A stretch of 44,406 nucleotides of DNA. Source: Candidatus Binatia bacterium. Its GTDB lineage: Bacteria > Desulfobacterota > Binatia > Bin18. The notes below the pieces were generated by a model that ran no database searches, was not told the DNA's origin, and worked only from the letters and a program-made list of their open reading frames with translations. Below are positions 29,738 through 39,490 of the stretch, piece after piece. The translations under genes and the position numbers were made by a program. The stretch is taken from positions 1 to 44,406 of the forward strand of contig CAXXHG010000028.1 of assembly GCA_963666315.2 (NCBI GenBank), given 5' to 3'. Position 1 is the stretch's first letter, and each line of letters begins with the position of its first letter.

Positions 29738-29929
29738 ATTCGTGTCTCCTTGTATCCATTCAGCTCTGCCGCATTAGATGCGGTTCGTAGTCCCCGCCAA
29801 CCCTACCACCCTCGACTTCGAAGCAGAAGCCTCCACCGAGGCAGATTGTAAGAAGGAACTCCGCCAGCGGGACCGAGGCGGGTTTTATCTCGTGCGTATA
29901 GCGGCACACTACCTCAAAGTTATGTCTCA

Positions 29930-30688
29930 TCAAATCGTATACCCGCCATTCGGACTCAGCACTTGCCCCGTGACATAAGCCGCGTCGTCCGACGCCAGGT
30001 ATAAATGTGCACCAGCAATGTCCTCCGGTCTGCCTAGTTTACGCATGGGAATACGACGAACAAAATAATCAACGACTTTGTCAGTTGCCGGCCCTGTTCC
30101 TTGGCGCACCATAGGCGTCTCAATCAGGCCAGGCGCAACCGCGTTGACCGTAATCCCAGAGAGCGCATACTCCCAGGCTAACGAACGCGTGAAGCCGATA
30201 ATCGCCGCCTTTGCCGCGGCGTAATGGGCGTTCTGCGGACCACCCGTCATCCCGGCGACCGAGGCAGTGTTAATGATGCGGCCCCATTCTGCCTCAACCA
30301 TATCCGACACCACAGCTTGGGTGCACAAGAATGTTCCCTTCATGTGGACGTCCAACATGCGTTGCCACTCGTCGGGAGAGATATCGAGAAAATTTTTGAT
30401 TTGGGCAATGCCGGCATTATTGACCACAATAGTAATCGGACCGAAGCGCTTGCGCGCCGCTGTCACTAAGGCGTCAACCTCGTCCTTTTTGGACACATCC
30501 GCACGCAGCGCGAGCGCCTTTTTTCGTTTGGATTCGCCATTGATCTGTGCCGCCACAGCTTCAGCCCGGCGCAGACTGATGTCCGCCACGATCACGCGTG
30601 CGCCGGCTTGGTGAAAGGCGAGAGCCGTTGCCTGGCCCAGCCCGGATCCCGCGCCTGTTATCAGTGCAATTTTTCTTTTGAGTCGCAT
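29930..30688 (-). CDS. SDR family oxidoreductase (FabG-like)
   Basis: TGAGSGLG, NNAG, YAAAK, VTGQVLSPNGG. Confidence 0.93.
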   Translation of the reverse strand: MRLKRKIALITGAGSGLGQATALAFHQAGARVIVADISLRRAEAVAAQINGESKRKKALALRADVSKKDEVDALVTAARKRFGPITIVVNNAGIAQIKNFLDISPDEWQRMLDVHMKGTFLCTQAVVSDMVEAEWGRIINTASVAGMTGGPQNAHYAAAKAAIIGFTRSLAWEYALSGITVNAVAPGLIETPMVRQGTGPATDKVVDYFVRRIPMRKLGRPEDIAGAHLYLASDDAAYVTGQVLSPNGGYTI

Positions 30689-30689
30689 A

Positions 30690-31454
30690 TCAGCACCACT
30701 TCGTATACAGACCGCCGTTCGGACTCACAATCTGCCCCGTCATAAACCCCGCTTCCTCGGATGCCAGATACGCCGCAGCATAGGCAATATCTTCAGCTCC
30801 GCCCAGCTTTCGCATAGGTACCGTCTTTATTATCCGCTCGACCCAGCGCTGCGAACTTTGTCGCACCATGGGTGTATCAATAGGTCCCGGCGCGACAGCG
30901 TTCACCGTCACCCCGGTGCGGGCCAGTTCACTCGCCATGGCAACGGTCAGCCCGGCAATTCCGGCTTTGGCCGCACAATAGTGCGCGACGCCTATGCCGC
31001 CCGTGAACGCGCCGGTCGAACACGTACTGATGAGGCGGCCCCAGCCACTCTCGAGCATGTCGGGCAGAACGGCACGGAAACAGTTATACGTCCCGTTCAG
31101 GTGGACATCAAACATGCGGTCCCATTGGGCTTCGGTCAGATCGGCAAAGGACACCAACTCGCCAATGCCGGCATTGCTAAAGAGAACGTCGACCCGGCCC
31201 AACTCCTGTTTCGTTTGCGCAACCGCAGCCTCAAGCGCGGCCAATTGAGTGACATCAACCTGCAGGGCAAGTGTTTTTCGACCCAACCGAGAGATTTCCT
31301 GAACCACTGCCTGTGCTCCATCAAGATTAATATCCGTCACTACCACGTCTGCTCCGCCTTGGGCTAAGACGATGGCCGTGGCGCGACCTATGCCCGATCC
31401 AGCCCCTGTCAAAAACGCCACTTTTCCCTCTACACCGGCCACCTTACGCCTCAC
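30690..31454 (-). CDS. SDR family oxidoreductase (FabG-like)
   Basis: TGAGSGIG, SNAG, YCAAK, MTGQIVSPNGG. Confidence 0.93.
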   Translation of the reverse strand: MRRKVAGVEGKVAFLTGAGSGIGRATAIVLAQGGADVVVTDINLDGAQAVVQEISRLGRKTLALQVDVTQLAALEAAVAQTKQELGRVDVLFSNAGIGELVSFADLTEAQWDRMFDVHLNGTYNCFRAVLPDMLESGWGRLISTCSTGAFTGGIGVAHYCAAKAGIAGLTVAMASELARTGVTVNAVAPGPIDTPMVRQSSQRWVERIIKTVPMRKLGGAEDIAYAAAYLASEEAGFMTGQIVSPNGGLYTKWC

Positions 31455-31908
31455 TTTCTGCTGCTTCAGCCTGTTCTGCCATTATAAACTCCGCCAGGCA
31501 TTTGCGCATGACGTTCTCATCAATGGCAATGGTCAGGTTTCCACTCGCATCAACGGTATAGCGGGCTTGCTTATCCAGCTCCATTGCCAGACGAGAGAGC
31601 AGGACATTTCGCCTGGGCCGGTCGAGTCCAGCCTGCTTGAGGTCTTGTCCACAAACCGTTTGGATTTTATCGATGACGCCTTTGTGCTTTTCGATATAGA
31701 ACATCGAATGACCGATTACACATTGACCGAACTGGAGTATTGTATACTGCCGCCCCCCGCGTTGCTCTTGAAAGCTGCGTTTCGGCGGGACAGGAAACTC
31801 CTGAATGTGGGAGCGAATCCACACATCTTCAGGATCGGGCTCCTCTTCACAGAACATCAGGTTGATGTGCTGCATGCCACCGGGTTTGGGATACATTTCG
31901 ATGAGCAT
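31444..31908 (-). CDS. Hypothetical protein co-oriented with VOC/SDR genes
   Basis: ORF overlaps the next SDR start; likely start MLIEMYPK; no recognised motif. Confidence 0.6.
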   Translation of the reverse strand: MLIEMYPKPGGMQHINLMFCEEEPDPEDVWIRSHIQEFPVPPKRSFQEQRGGRQYTILQFGQCVIGHSMFYIEKHKGVIDKIQTVCGQDLKQAGLDRPRRNVLLSRLAMELDKQARYTVDASGNLTIAIDENVMRKCLAEFIMAEQAEAAESEA

Positions 31909-32016
31909 CAGACCTCGGCCCCAGAGGCTGTCCACAAGGCACAAGGGCGGGTTTTATACCCGCCCTTACGGACCAATAGACAACGCGTTCGTAATGAAAG
32001 ACGTAGCGCGCTTGGG

Positions 32017-32397
32017 CTACGCTTCCGTCCGTAGCTCGACCACATTACCATCCGGGTCGCGCACAAAGATCACCGGGGGCAAGCCCAGTTCCGGCGGCGG
32101 AGCAAATTCTTGGAATTTCACCCGCCGTTTCTTGAGCACCCGCTTGGCCTCTTCAAGGTCTTCGATCTGCACCGCAATGTGGGGACCTATACCAGGCATA
32201 TCCTTGCCGGCCATCTTATTGCGCTGGCCGATGATATGGACCTGCGTGCCGTCGACTTCATACCAAATACCAGGAATGCCCTTGATATTGGGACGTTCGA
32301 TCTCATCAAAGCCGAGAATGTCCCCATAAAATCGCCTCGCTTTTCTGACATCCGTAACTGGAACCCCGGTATGGCGGATCGATTTCGCCTTAATCAT
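32017..32397 (-). CDS. VOC / glyoxalase family protein
   Basis: IRHTGVPVTD...ARRFY.DILG...HIA..I.DL...FVRDPDGNVVEL; AAGGAGG RBS. Confidence 0.92.
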   Translation of the reverse strand: MIKAKSIRHTGVPVTDVRKARRFYGDILGFDEIERPNIKGIPGIWYEVDGTQVHIIGQRNKMAGKDMPGIGPHIAVQIEDLEEAKRVLKKRRVKFQEFAPPPELGLPPVIFVRDPDGNVVELRTEA

Positions 32398-32510
32398 TTT
32401 CCCCTCCTTTCGGGTATGGTGTTACTCTCACAAAAAGCTGTATCAGCCTGCGTGTTGAGCGACAAGAGGAAAGAGACAGTTTCAGGGTTTCATCGATAGA
32501 GGAGCAACTC

Positions 32511-32819
32511 ATGCACATCGTATTTAACGTAATCTTCTCAGCCTGCGTCATTAGTTTCGTGGCCTGGCTTTCCGGGCAGGCGCCGCGTTTGGCCGGTTTC
32601 ATCATCGCCCTGCCGCTCTCGTACTGGCAGCACGGCAGTGCTGTGATTTCGGTTCACCTGGCAAAGAGTATCTTTATTGCCGTGCCGGTCTCGCTGGTCT
32701 TCTTTATTTCCTTTTTGCTCTCGGGTTATTTCAAACTTACATTCTGGCAAGCCTACGGCGCGGGTTGCGCCCTACTCTTCTTTGGCTACCATGCGCATCG
32801 GCTGTTGGTGCGGTTCTGA
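32511..32819 (+). CDS. Small membrane protein (DUF3147-like), possibly internally deleted
   Basis: SA.VISFV.WLS...P.LAGFIIALPL; SIF.AVP.SL.FF; GAGGAG RBS. The hydrophobic segment after ALPL appears short. Confidence 0.55.
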   Translation: MHIVFNVIFSACVISFVAWLSGQAPRLAGFIIALPLSYWQHGSAVISVHLAKSIFIAVPVSLVFFISFLLSGYFKLTFWQAYGAGCALLFFGYHAHRLLVRF

Positions 32820-34103
32820 GGTCTGTAAAACGGAATGCGCCGTCTGGGACATTTTTGACCGCAGCAGTAACATCAATCCAGACGCGCACAGCAGCCCAAT
32901 GCTCACCCCAGTAAATCCGAGGCGATAACTCCCGGTCGTATCATAGATATAGCCCATGCTGATCGGGCCAATAAAACCACTCAGACAAATGACAGTTTGA
33001 TACAAGCCGTAGATCACACCGTAGGCTTTCATCCCGAATATACGGCCGATGACCAGCGCGGTGAGTGGCGTCGTCCCGCCGAAGAGTACTCCAAAGCAGA
33101 CAATATAGCCGGCCATTGACATGACCGGGCCCGCCCAGAGTAGGCAGGCCATGCCTATCGCTCCAAAGGCGTAGCAGACGGCAGCCAGCCGGAAGACATC
33201 GTGGCGGTCACTAGCCCAGCCGAAAGTCACTCCGCTTAGCACGGCAAAGCCCAGCAGGATACTCACCAGGAGAGCCGCCTGCCCTGGCGGGAAGCCCTGG
33301 TCGGTAAAATAGGGATACTGATGAACCATAGCCGAGAACACGCACGTATACGCCAGTAGATACACCCCAACGAGAGCCCAAAAGCGACCGCTGCGCACAG
33401 CGTCACGCGCGGACATGCCCGCGTCAGCGCCCTCCACGGTCGCCCCAGTCACCGCTGCCCCGCGCGTGTCTCCGTCGGGTAAGAGTGTAAGGTCTGCGGG
33501 TTTATTACGTATGAGCCAAAACAGCACGGGAGCCAAAACGACCCACATGACTCCACCCAACACAACCAACGTGGGCCGCCATCCCAGGCTGTCAACCGAA
33601 GACGCAACCACAGGCGTGAGCAGCAACCCGCCGACGGATGATCCGATCATGGCTATGCCCATAGCCCGACCCCGTTTGCGGACAAACCACCGGGAGATAG
33701 TGACATTGACCGGAATATGGGCAAGCGCAGTAAACGCCACACCCGCACCAAGGCGGAGTACATACAATTGCCACAGGCTGGTCAGACGAGCCAGCAGCAT
33801 CAAGCACAAGCCGACAACGAGAGCAGCGGGAACCATCACCGCACGGGCGCCATAGATGCCGACAATACGCCCGACCAGAGGTGCGGCGACAGCAATCGCA
33901 AGCATAAAGGCGGAGATACCGCCGGAAACCTGAGCCCGACTCCAGCCGAACTCCTCAGTCAGAGGCTTGAGAAATATGGGGAAGGACAGATTACCGATAC
34001 CACCGGCCATAGCCATGCTGACAAAGCATGCCCCGACTACCCACCAGCCGTAGAAAATTTTTGAAGACTCGCGCCGGCCTCCGCCGCCATGCCTGCCTAC
34101 CAT
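32772..34103 (-). CDS. MFS transporter (OFA/MCT-like)
   Basis: FYGWWVV, PL..EFGWSR, WF.RKRG.AMGI, G.ASDR, GYIYD.TGSY; about 12 TM segments. Confidence 0.92.
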   Translation of the reverse strand: MVGRHGGGGRRESSKIFYGWWVVGACFVSMAMAGGIGNLSFPIFLKPLTEEFGWSRAQVSGGISAFMLAIAVAAPLVGRIVGIYGARAVMVPAALVVGLCLMLLARLTSLWQLYVLRLGAGVAFTALAHIPVNVTISRWFVRKRGRAMGIAMIGSSVGGLLLTPVVASSVDSLGWRPTLVVLGGVMWVVLAPVLFWLIRNKPADLTLLPDGDTRGAAVTGATVEGADAGMSARDAVRSGRFWALVGVYLLAYTCVFSAMVHQYPYFTDQGFPPGQAALLVSILLGFAVLSGVTFGWASDRHDVFRLAAVCYAFGAIGMACLLWAGPVMSMAGYIVCFGVLFGGTTPLTALVIGRIFGMKAYGVIYGLYQTVICLSGFIGPISMGYIYDTTGSYRLGFTGVSIGLLCASGLMLLLRSKMSQTAHSVLQTSEPHQQPMRMVAKEE

Positions 34104-34273
34104 TATTGATACGATAGAGTCTGGGTCCCCTACCCGTCTAGCGCCCGACTCTTCAACGGCCTTCAGCAAATAGTCCGCATGGCCCTATATATTTATTCTG
34201 AAAATCCGAAAGTATTTATGAAGGATGCTCTTCTTCTGTAGCTCTGCGCCTTACAATAGATTGTAGCGCAAAT

Positions 34274-35838
34274 ATGGCTCACTCTGACGAACATGCCCCC
34301 CTGCAGCCTATTCTTGAATTTGCCCCCATCGGCCTATTTCAGACTGTTGTACAAGGCGTTTGTGTGTATACCAATCCGGCCTGGAAAAAAATTACTCGGC
34401 TTTCAACAACGGAAAGTCATACCTGGACCCAGCATATAGATCCAACCCAGCGCGACGTTGTGGCTGCAGCCTGGAACACCGCAATATGTGAGCGGCAACC
34501 GTTTTCCTACGAGTTCCGATTCGTGAGACCGGACGACATCGTCAGCTGCATTATGACGAACGCGAGACCTACCTATTCGCCATACGGGACGTGTACGGGC
34601 CATGTGGGTACATTTGAAGACATCACGAGTCGCAAGTGGGCTCAGGAAGAACTCATCGATTATACTGAGGCTATTGAAGACGCCCAGCGTCAGATCGGCC
34701 AACAGGCCAAGGAGCTCCGAGAGGCGAAGGAAATCGCCGAACAAGCAACACGGGTGAAGTCCGAGTTCCTGGCCGGCATGAGTCACGAGATTCGTACCCC
34801 GATGAACGGCATCATCGGTATGACCAACTTATTATTGGACACGGCATTAACAGCCGAGCAACGCGACTATGCCGACACCGTACGCGCTTCGGCAGATGCA
34901 TTATTGACCGTCATTAATGACATCCTGGACTTCTCTAAAATCGAAGCCGGGAAGCTTTCCATCGAACCCATTCCATTCGACCTGTATGTCGCGATCCAGG
35001 AAGTCAGCGACCTCCTAGCCCCCAAGGCTGCAGAGCAAGGTCTCGAACTCATCGTGCGTTATGGCCATAACGTCCCTTCCTACGTTGTCGGCGACCCGGG
35101 GCGAATCCGCCAGATCATTACCTATCTAGCGGGTAGCGCTATTAAGTTTACCCACAGCGGTCACGTCCTTATCCACATCGAGGTAGAAAACCAGCAGGCA
35201 GAAAACCAAAACGATGCGTACGTTCGGCTGCGCTTTGTAGTAGAAGACGGCGGCATAGGCATCCCTACGGATGCACAAGATCAGTTGTTCGAGAAGTTCA
35301 CCCAGGCAGACGCATCCACTACGCGGAAATACGGGGTACCGGACTCGACCTGGCTATATCCAAACAATTAGTCGAACTCATGGGAGGTGAACTTGGGGTC
35401 GAGAGCACCCCAGGGACCGGCGCGCTCTTCTTCTTTACCTTGTCCCTACCCGTGTATCACACCCCAAGTACGCAGCCAGATTCAATCATCGATCTGTCTC
35501 AGGTTCGCATCCTCATTGTTCAAAGACACGCCTTGGTACGTACCGTCTTACAGGAACAGCTTGCCCAGTGGGGAATACCCTCGACCAGGCTTACTTCCGG
35601 ACCGAAAGCCCTGGATGCATTGCAAGTCGCTCAGGCCGAAGGCGATCCCTACCACATGGCGCTCGTGTCCGATCATATGGTTGGATTTGATGCAGATACT
35701 TTTTGCGCCACGATCAAGAATATGACGACCTTAGACGAACTCAGTCTGATCCTGATGGCTTCAGCCGGAATACACAGCGACGCCGCACGTTTAGAACAAG
35801 CAGGATTTGCGGGCTATCTCACGCAATCGTATCCGTGA
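34274..35838 (+). pseudogene. Hybrid sensor histidine kinase (PAS-HisKA-HATPase-REC), frameshifted and truncated
   Basis: [40 protein letters not shown]; 1-nt loss in the G run near 35335 ([19 protein letters not shown] resumes in another frame). N-box degenerate (YLAGSAIKF); ends after the first receiver. Confidence 0.85.
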
Positions 35839-35868
35839 ATAATGACACACTCGATCATTAAGGCTTTG

Positions 35869-36357
35869 TTATCCAACAAACAGAGTAAACGGCTTGCCGT
35901 TCAAATGTACCAGCATTTGCGGCAAGAGGAGTCGGTGATCCTGGGCAAGAACACGGTGAGCAATCTCGCGATTGATTGCCGGAACGGGGGCGAGTCCGTC
36001 TATCTCACCTAAAGTGAAGTAAGCAGCCCTATCTACCTCGTGCAGATCGGGTCGCGGCTCTCCACTGACAGGCTTCATCAGCAGGACGATATACAGGCTG
36101 TTACCGATATCAGAGTCATAACGGTTGCGTAGGCCGATCACACCTTCCACCTGTGCCGTAACCCCGGATTCTTCTTGGACCTCACGCACCACGGCCTGCT
36201 CAATGGTTTCCTCGGGTTCAACAAAGCCACCCGGCACCTGCCAGTTCCCCCTACCCCGCCGCGAAGCACGCCGGACCAGAAGCAGACGCTCATGGCAAAC
36301 AACCGCACCGCCAACGCCGAGGTTGTAGCCGGTGTTGTAGTGTTCGGGGATAGACAT
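35869..36357 (-). CDS. NUDIX hydrolase
   Basis: Nudix box PGGFVEPEETIEQAVVREVQEESG. Confidence 0.92.
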   Translation of the reverse strand: MSIPEHYNTGYNLGVGGAVVCHERLLLVRRASRRGRGNWQVPGGFVEPEETIEQAVVREVQEESGVTAQVEGVIGLRNRYDSDIGNSLYIVLLMKPVSGEPRPDLHEVDRAAYFTLGEIDGLAPVPAINREIAHRVLAQDHRLLLPQMLVHLNGKPFTLFVG

Positions 36358-36548
36358 AGCTGCAATCAGAGGGGCTGACTACAGCTCCATCGGTAGTCCT
36401 CTACATTGACATATTCCATACTGAATAGCCTTACTTCTCTTTTGAAGGGCATAGCATACCTACCCCATCCGAACACCTCTTTGGATGAGAGTATGGGAGA
36501 CTTGATCTCGTGTCACCTCGCGGTTAGTTTCTCGTGGAGGAGTTCCGT

Positions 36549-37082
36549 ATGACAACACAGGCAATTACACGCCATCCCTTCTCATGGTTTCTGGTCCTGG
36601 GCCTCGGTATCAGCGGATTTCTCATGTGGTTGATCTATTTCAACCCAGCCGCAACGGCAGAAGGAGATTGGGTCACGCTGCTACCGGCGGCGAATTCGTG
36701 TTTTAACGCGCTGTGCGCGTGTTGTTTGGTCGGCGGCTTCATCAATATTAAACGCGGCAATCGGCAAACGCATATGCGCTTTATGCTTGCGGCCTTAGGC
36801 TTCTCGACCCTCTTTCTCGTCAGCTATATTCTGTACCATTACTTCCACGGCGATACCGCCTTCCCTGGCCAAGGCCCGATTCGCATTGTCTATTTCTTTA
36901 TTTTGATTAGTCATATCGTCTTGTCTATAGTCACCCTACCGCTGGTATTTACCACCGTCTATTACGCCGCCCGAGGACAGTTTGAGTCCCACAAAAAGAT
37001 TGCCCGCTACACCTTCCCTATCTGGTTATATGTCTCCGTCACCGGGGTGTTGGTGTACTTTTTTCTCCGGGCGTATACCTAG
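36549..37082 (+). CDS. DUF420 family membrane protein
   Basis: LPAAN..FN, H.R.ML.A..FS.LFLVSY..YH...G.T.F.G.G.IR..YF.ILISHI.L, H.KIAR.T.PIWLYVSVTGV.VY. Confidence 0.9.
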   Translation: MTTQAITRHPFSWFLVLGLGISGFLMWLIYFNPAATAEGDWVTLLPAANSCFNALCACCLVGGFINIKRGNRQTHMRFMLAALGFSTLFLVSYILYHYFHGDTAFPGQGPIRIVYFFILISHIVLSIVTLPLVFTTVYYAARGQFESHKKIARYTFPIWLYVSVTGVLVYFFLRAYT

Positions 37083-37225
37083 GCGAGGGGCGGGTAAACG
37101 TATCAGCCCCCCTCTATATATAGCGACGCCGACTTTATTTTTCGTCCTTTCTGTGTCTCAGCTCCTGCCCAGAGTGGAGCCGACTCGGAGGTCTGGATGG
37201 CCCCAGTGTCTGGCGACGGTCAGGC

Positions 37226-37558
37226 TCAAGCCGAGGCATGCTGGCTGGTACTGTCGCGCCGTCTTAGATCAACCGTGACTGCTAGCGTCTCATCGAGAGC
37301 GGATAGCATGCGGATCATCCGGTCTAAGGTGAATCGGCCATAATCGGCATTGCGCACGCGGGAGAAATCTGCCGCCGCAAAGCCCATGGCTTTGGCTGCA
37401 TTGCGGACAGAAAGTTTCCGGCCTTCCAGAATGCCTATAATCTGGGCGGCTAGCCGCCCCTTGGCTTGGCGGATATCGGCGTCTGAATAGCTCAAGTCCT
37501 GCCAGATATTCCCACTGCCTGTGATCACTTCCACTTCTTTCTCTTTAGCTTTGCTCAT
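37226..37558 (-). CDS. XRE-family HTH antitoxin (HigA-like)
   Basis: GSGN.WQDL...DAD....K..LA..I...L....LS...AA...G....D.SR.RN....RFTLDR.I.ML..L. Confidence 0.88.
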   Translation of the reverse strand: MSKAKEKEVEVITGSGNIWQDLSYSDADIRQAKGRLAAQIIGILEGRKLSVRNAAKAMGFAAADFSRVRNADYGRFTLDRMIRMLSALDETLAVTVDLRRRDSTSQHASA

Positions 37559-37692
37559 GTGTTCCTCTCCTTCAACTGCTTCAGACGTGACCGGATCACC
37601 TCTACATCGACCTTCGAGGTCTTAATGTCGGTCGTGGATTTCTTCTGGGAGCTATGGTCCACCCACAGCATGTCCCCAAGCTGCACGGCATG
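37555..37692 (-). pseudogene. C-terminal remnant of RelE/ParE (Gp49-like) toxin
   Basis: Translates AVQLGDMLWVDHSSQKKSTTDIKTSKVDVEVIRSRLKQLKERNT*, matching the 'YAV......V.HAFQKKS..GIKT...D..LI..RLK' pattern; ATGA overlap with the antitoxin start. Confidence 0.8.
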
Positions 37693-37699
37693 ACTTCTA

Positions 37700-37729
37700 A
37701 ATGTTGTAAAATTCAACAACACCTGTCAA
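37700..37729 (-). promoter_or_regulatory. Putative TA operon promoter/operator
   Basis: TTGACA on the minus strand (37724-37729) and inverted repeat TGTTG-N7-CAACA (37702-37718); no clean -10 box. Confidence 0.45.
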
Positions 37730-37747
37730 CAATATTCTCTTAGTCCC

Positions 37748-37777
37748 GTAGGTCGGATTAGCGGAGCGTAGTCCGAC
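37748..37777 (+). repeat. GTAG-type REP (left flank of RAYT)
   Basis: GTAG-GTCGGATTAGCGGAGCGTAGTCCGAC hairpin. Confidence 0.85.
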
Positions 37778-37797
37778 ACTTCCAGCAGACGCCTCCC

Positions 37798-38275
37798 ATG
37801 TAATATCGACGAGCCTTTGTCCCAGGGGGGAACCTACTTCTTCAGTGTGGTAACCGAACAAAGACGAAAGCTGTTGGCCGATGAGGGGATTGTTGGGATG
37901 CTGCGCGAGGCGTTTCGACAAGGCAACAAGAAACGGCCCTTTACGGTCAACGCTATGGTGATCTTACCCGACCATCTCCACTGCATCGGGACCGTGCTGT
38001 TTGCTGATGAAGACTATCTCACTCGGTGGCATTTGATCAAAACCTGGGTGGCCAAGCATTACAAGACCCGCCTTAAACGCCTCTTGTCCCAGCTCAGCAA
38101 TAGCGGGCTAAGCAAGCAGTGTGGCAGGCTCTCTATTAGGAACACGTTATCCGGAACGAGACAAACTGCCCACAGCATGTGGAATACCCTCATTATAATC
38201 CGGTGAAGCATGGGCATGTCCAGAAGCCCTGGGATTAGCCGCATTCGAGTTTCCAGCAGTATGTGAAGGAGGGAG
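37798..38275 (+). pseudogene. REP-associated tyrosine transposase (RAYT), decayed
   Basis: M*YRRA..PGG/TYFFSVVT..RR; PF...AMVILPDHLHCI (HUH); RW.LIK; later frame VWQ..Y*EHVIR...HVEY.HYNPVKHG...PWD*PHSSF. Confidence 0.88.
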
Positions 38276-38278
38276 GAT

Positions 38279-38306
38279 GTTGGGCTACGCTGCGCTAACC
38301 CAACCT
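38279..38306 (-). repeat. GTAG-type REP (right flank of RAYT), interrupted by IS110 insertion
   Basis: Minus strand AGGTTGGGTTAGCGCAGCGTAGCCCAAC, inverted relative to the left REP; the leading GT of GTAG is replaced by the IS end. Confidence 0.82.
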
Positions 38307-39165
38307 TCCATGAGGGTCGTCAACCTCCGCTGGTTCCTGCGTGCCTCTCTGCTCTCGTGTCTCCTCCGACTGATGCCCAGGCAGTCCACGCTGGCTCGGT
38401 GTCGGGGTCGCGCGATGGTCCAGAGGTGAGTCTGGAGAACCTTCTATCCGGGCCGGAGAATTCCCGGCCCCCTATGCCACATGCGCAGTCCGCGCGGGTG
38501 CGACCCCGTTAGTCAGCGCCCCCTCTACGAAAACGGTCTGAGCGAACTCACCCAGGTTGGGTCCGGGCACTGACGCCACCGGGCGGGCGGCTCGGGCGCT
38601 TGTCCCTTAGGCTGGCGTGAGCACGGCCCCCGCCGGGAGCTGTCCCGTTTCCAAGTACCGCCACAAGGCAACACCTTCCGCGCTAGCGCACGCTCCCAAT
38701 GCGCCGCAACCGGGTCCCGCCGTGGGCAAAGCGGCGCTGAAACCACTGACGGAGGGCATTCTGGGGTTGGTAGCGCAGCCAGCACCAGCTCAGCTCTATC
38801 ATCAGCGTGCGCACACGCCGGTTGCCGGCCTTACTAATCCCTTGCTCGCGCTGGCGCTCCCCGCTCGCATACGGCGTGGGCGTCAGCCCTGCCAACGCGG
38901 CCAGCTCCCGCCGATTCCCAAACATGCGCCAGCCAAGAACTCCATCCCTAACCCCCACGCACTTTGCCACCCCACCGCCCGCAGCTTACGCAGCTCCTGC
39001 ACGACCCCCAGCGCGCCCGTCGGGGCCTCGGCCACCCGCTGCTTTTGGAGCGCCTCTAACGTTTGCACTTGGCGCTGCACCACTTGACACCGTTCCCACT
39101 CCCGTCGCAGCTCCGCTTGTAAGTCCGAGGGCAGCGGCTGCCCGTCCCAGCTTCGCAGGCCACGA
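38307..39165 (-). mobile_element. IS110-family element remnant (3' half of recombinase plus long 3' non-coding end)
   Basis: Frameshifted recombinase ~38607-39165: LRSWDG..LP..L...L.RE..R; NRRELAALAGLTPTPYASG...REQGISKAGNRRVR...IEL.W.WLR.QP; ALARK.L..LWRYLETG..P.GA. End carries TTGACG (38318-38323) pointing outward. Confidence 0.88.
38403..38574 (-). ncRNA. Candidate bridge RNA / seekRNA of the IS110-family element
   Basis: Two stem-enclosed internal loops. Loop segments match the insertion site (ACCCAACCT, CGTAG) and the IS end (ATAGAAG); see findings. Confidence 0.72.
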
Positions 39166-39490
39166 CCCGCAATCTTCATCTCAACCAGACCCCATTGGGG
39201 CTCTACCCGGCGACTGCTTCTTGCAGCGAAGGACTGCGGAGGGAGACGCTGACTTTCTGTTTTCCCTGTGACACACGCAGAAAATGGTTGAGGAATCACG
39301 CTCATACGGCCAATATCGGCCAATGCAAACAAGCCTTAATACAGATTCAGGGCACCTCCTTGGGAATAGTCATGCTTTTGCCTGTGGGGCGAGGAGGCAA
39401 AGCAGATTCCCCCAAAGGTTGGAGATTGACTGTTTGCATTAACTAATGTGGGGATACTGAACGGTATTGGCAAAGCCAAACAAAATCGAT

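Noticed and set aside
29760-29925. Possible structured ncRNA between SDR and EthD genes
   Set aside because: Only one imperfect hairpin (AACTCCGCC...GGCGGGGTT); no recognisable family motif.
38471-38490. Left donor guide of the candidate bridge RNA
   Set aside because: Cannot be assigned because the other IS end is deleted, so there is no donor sequence to match.
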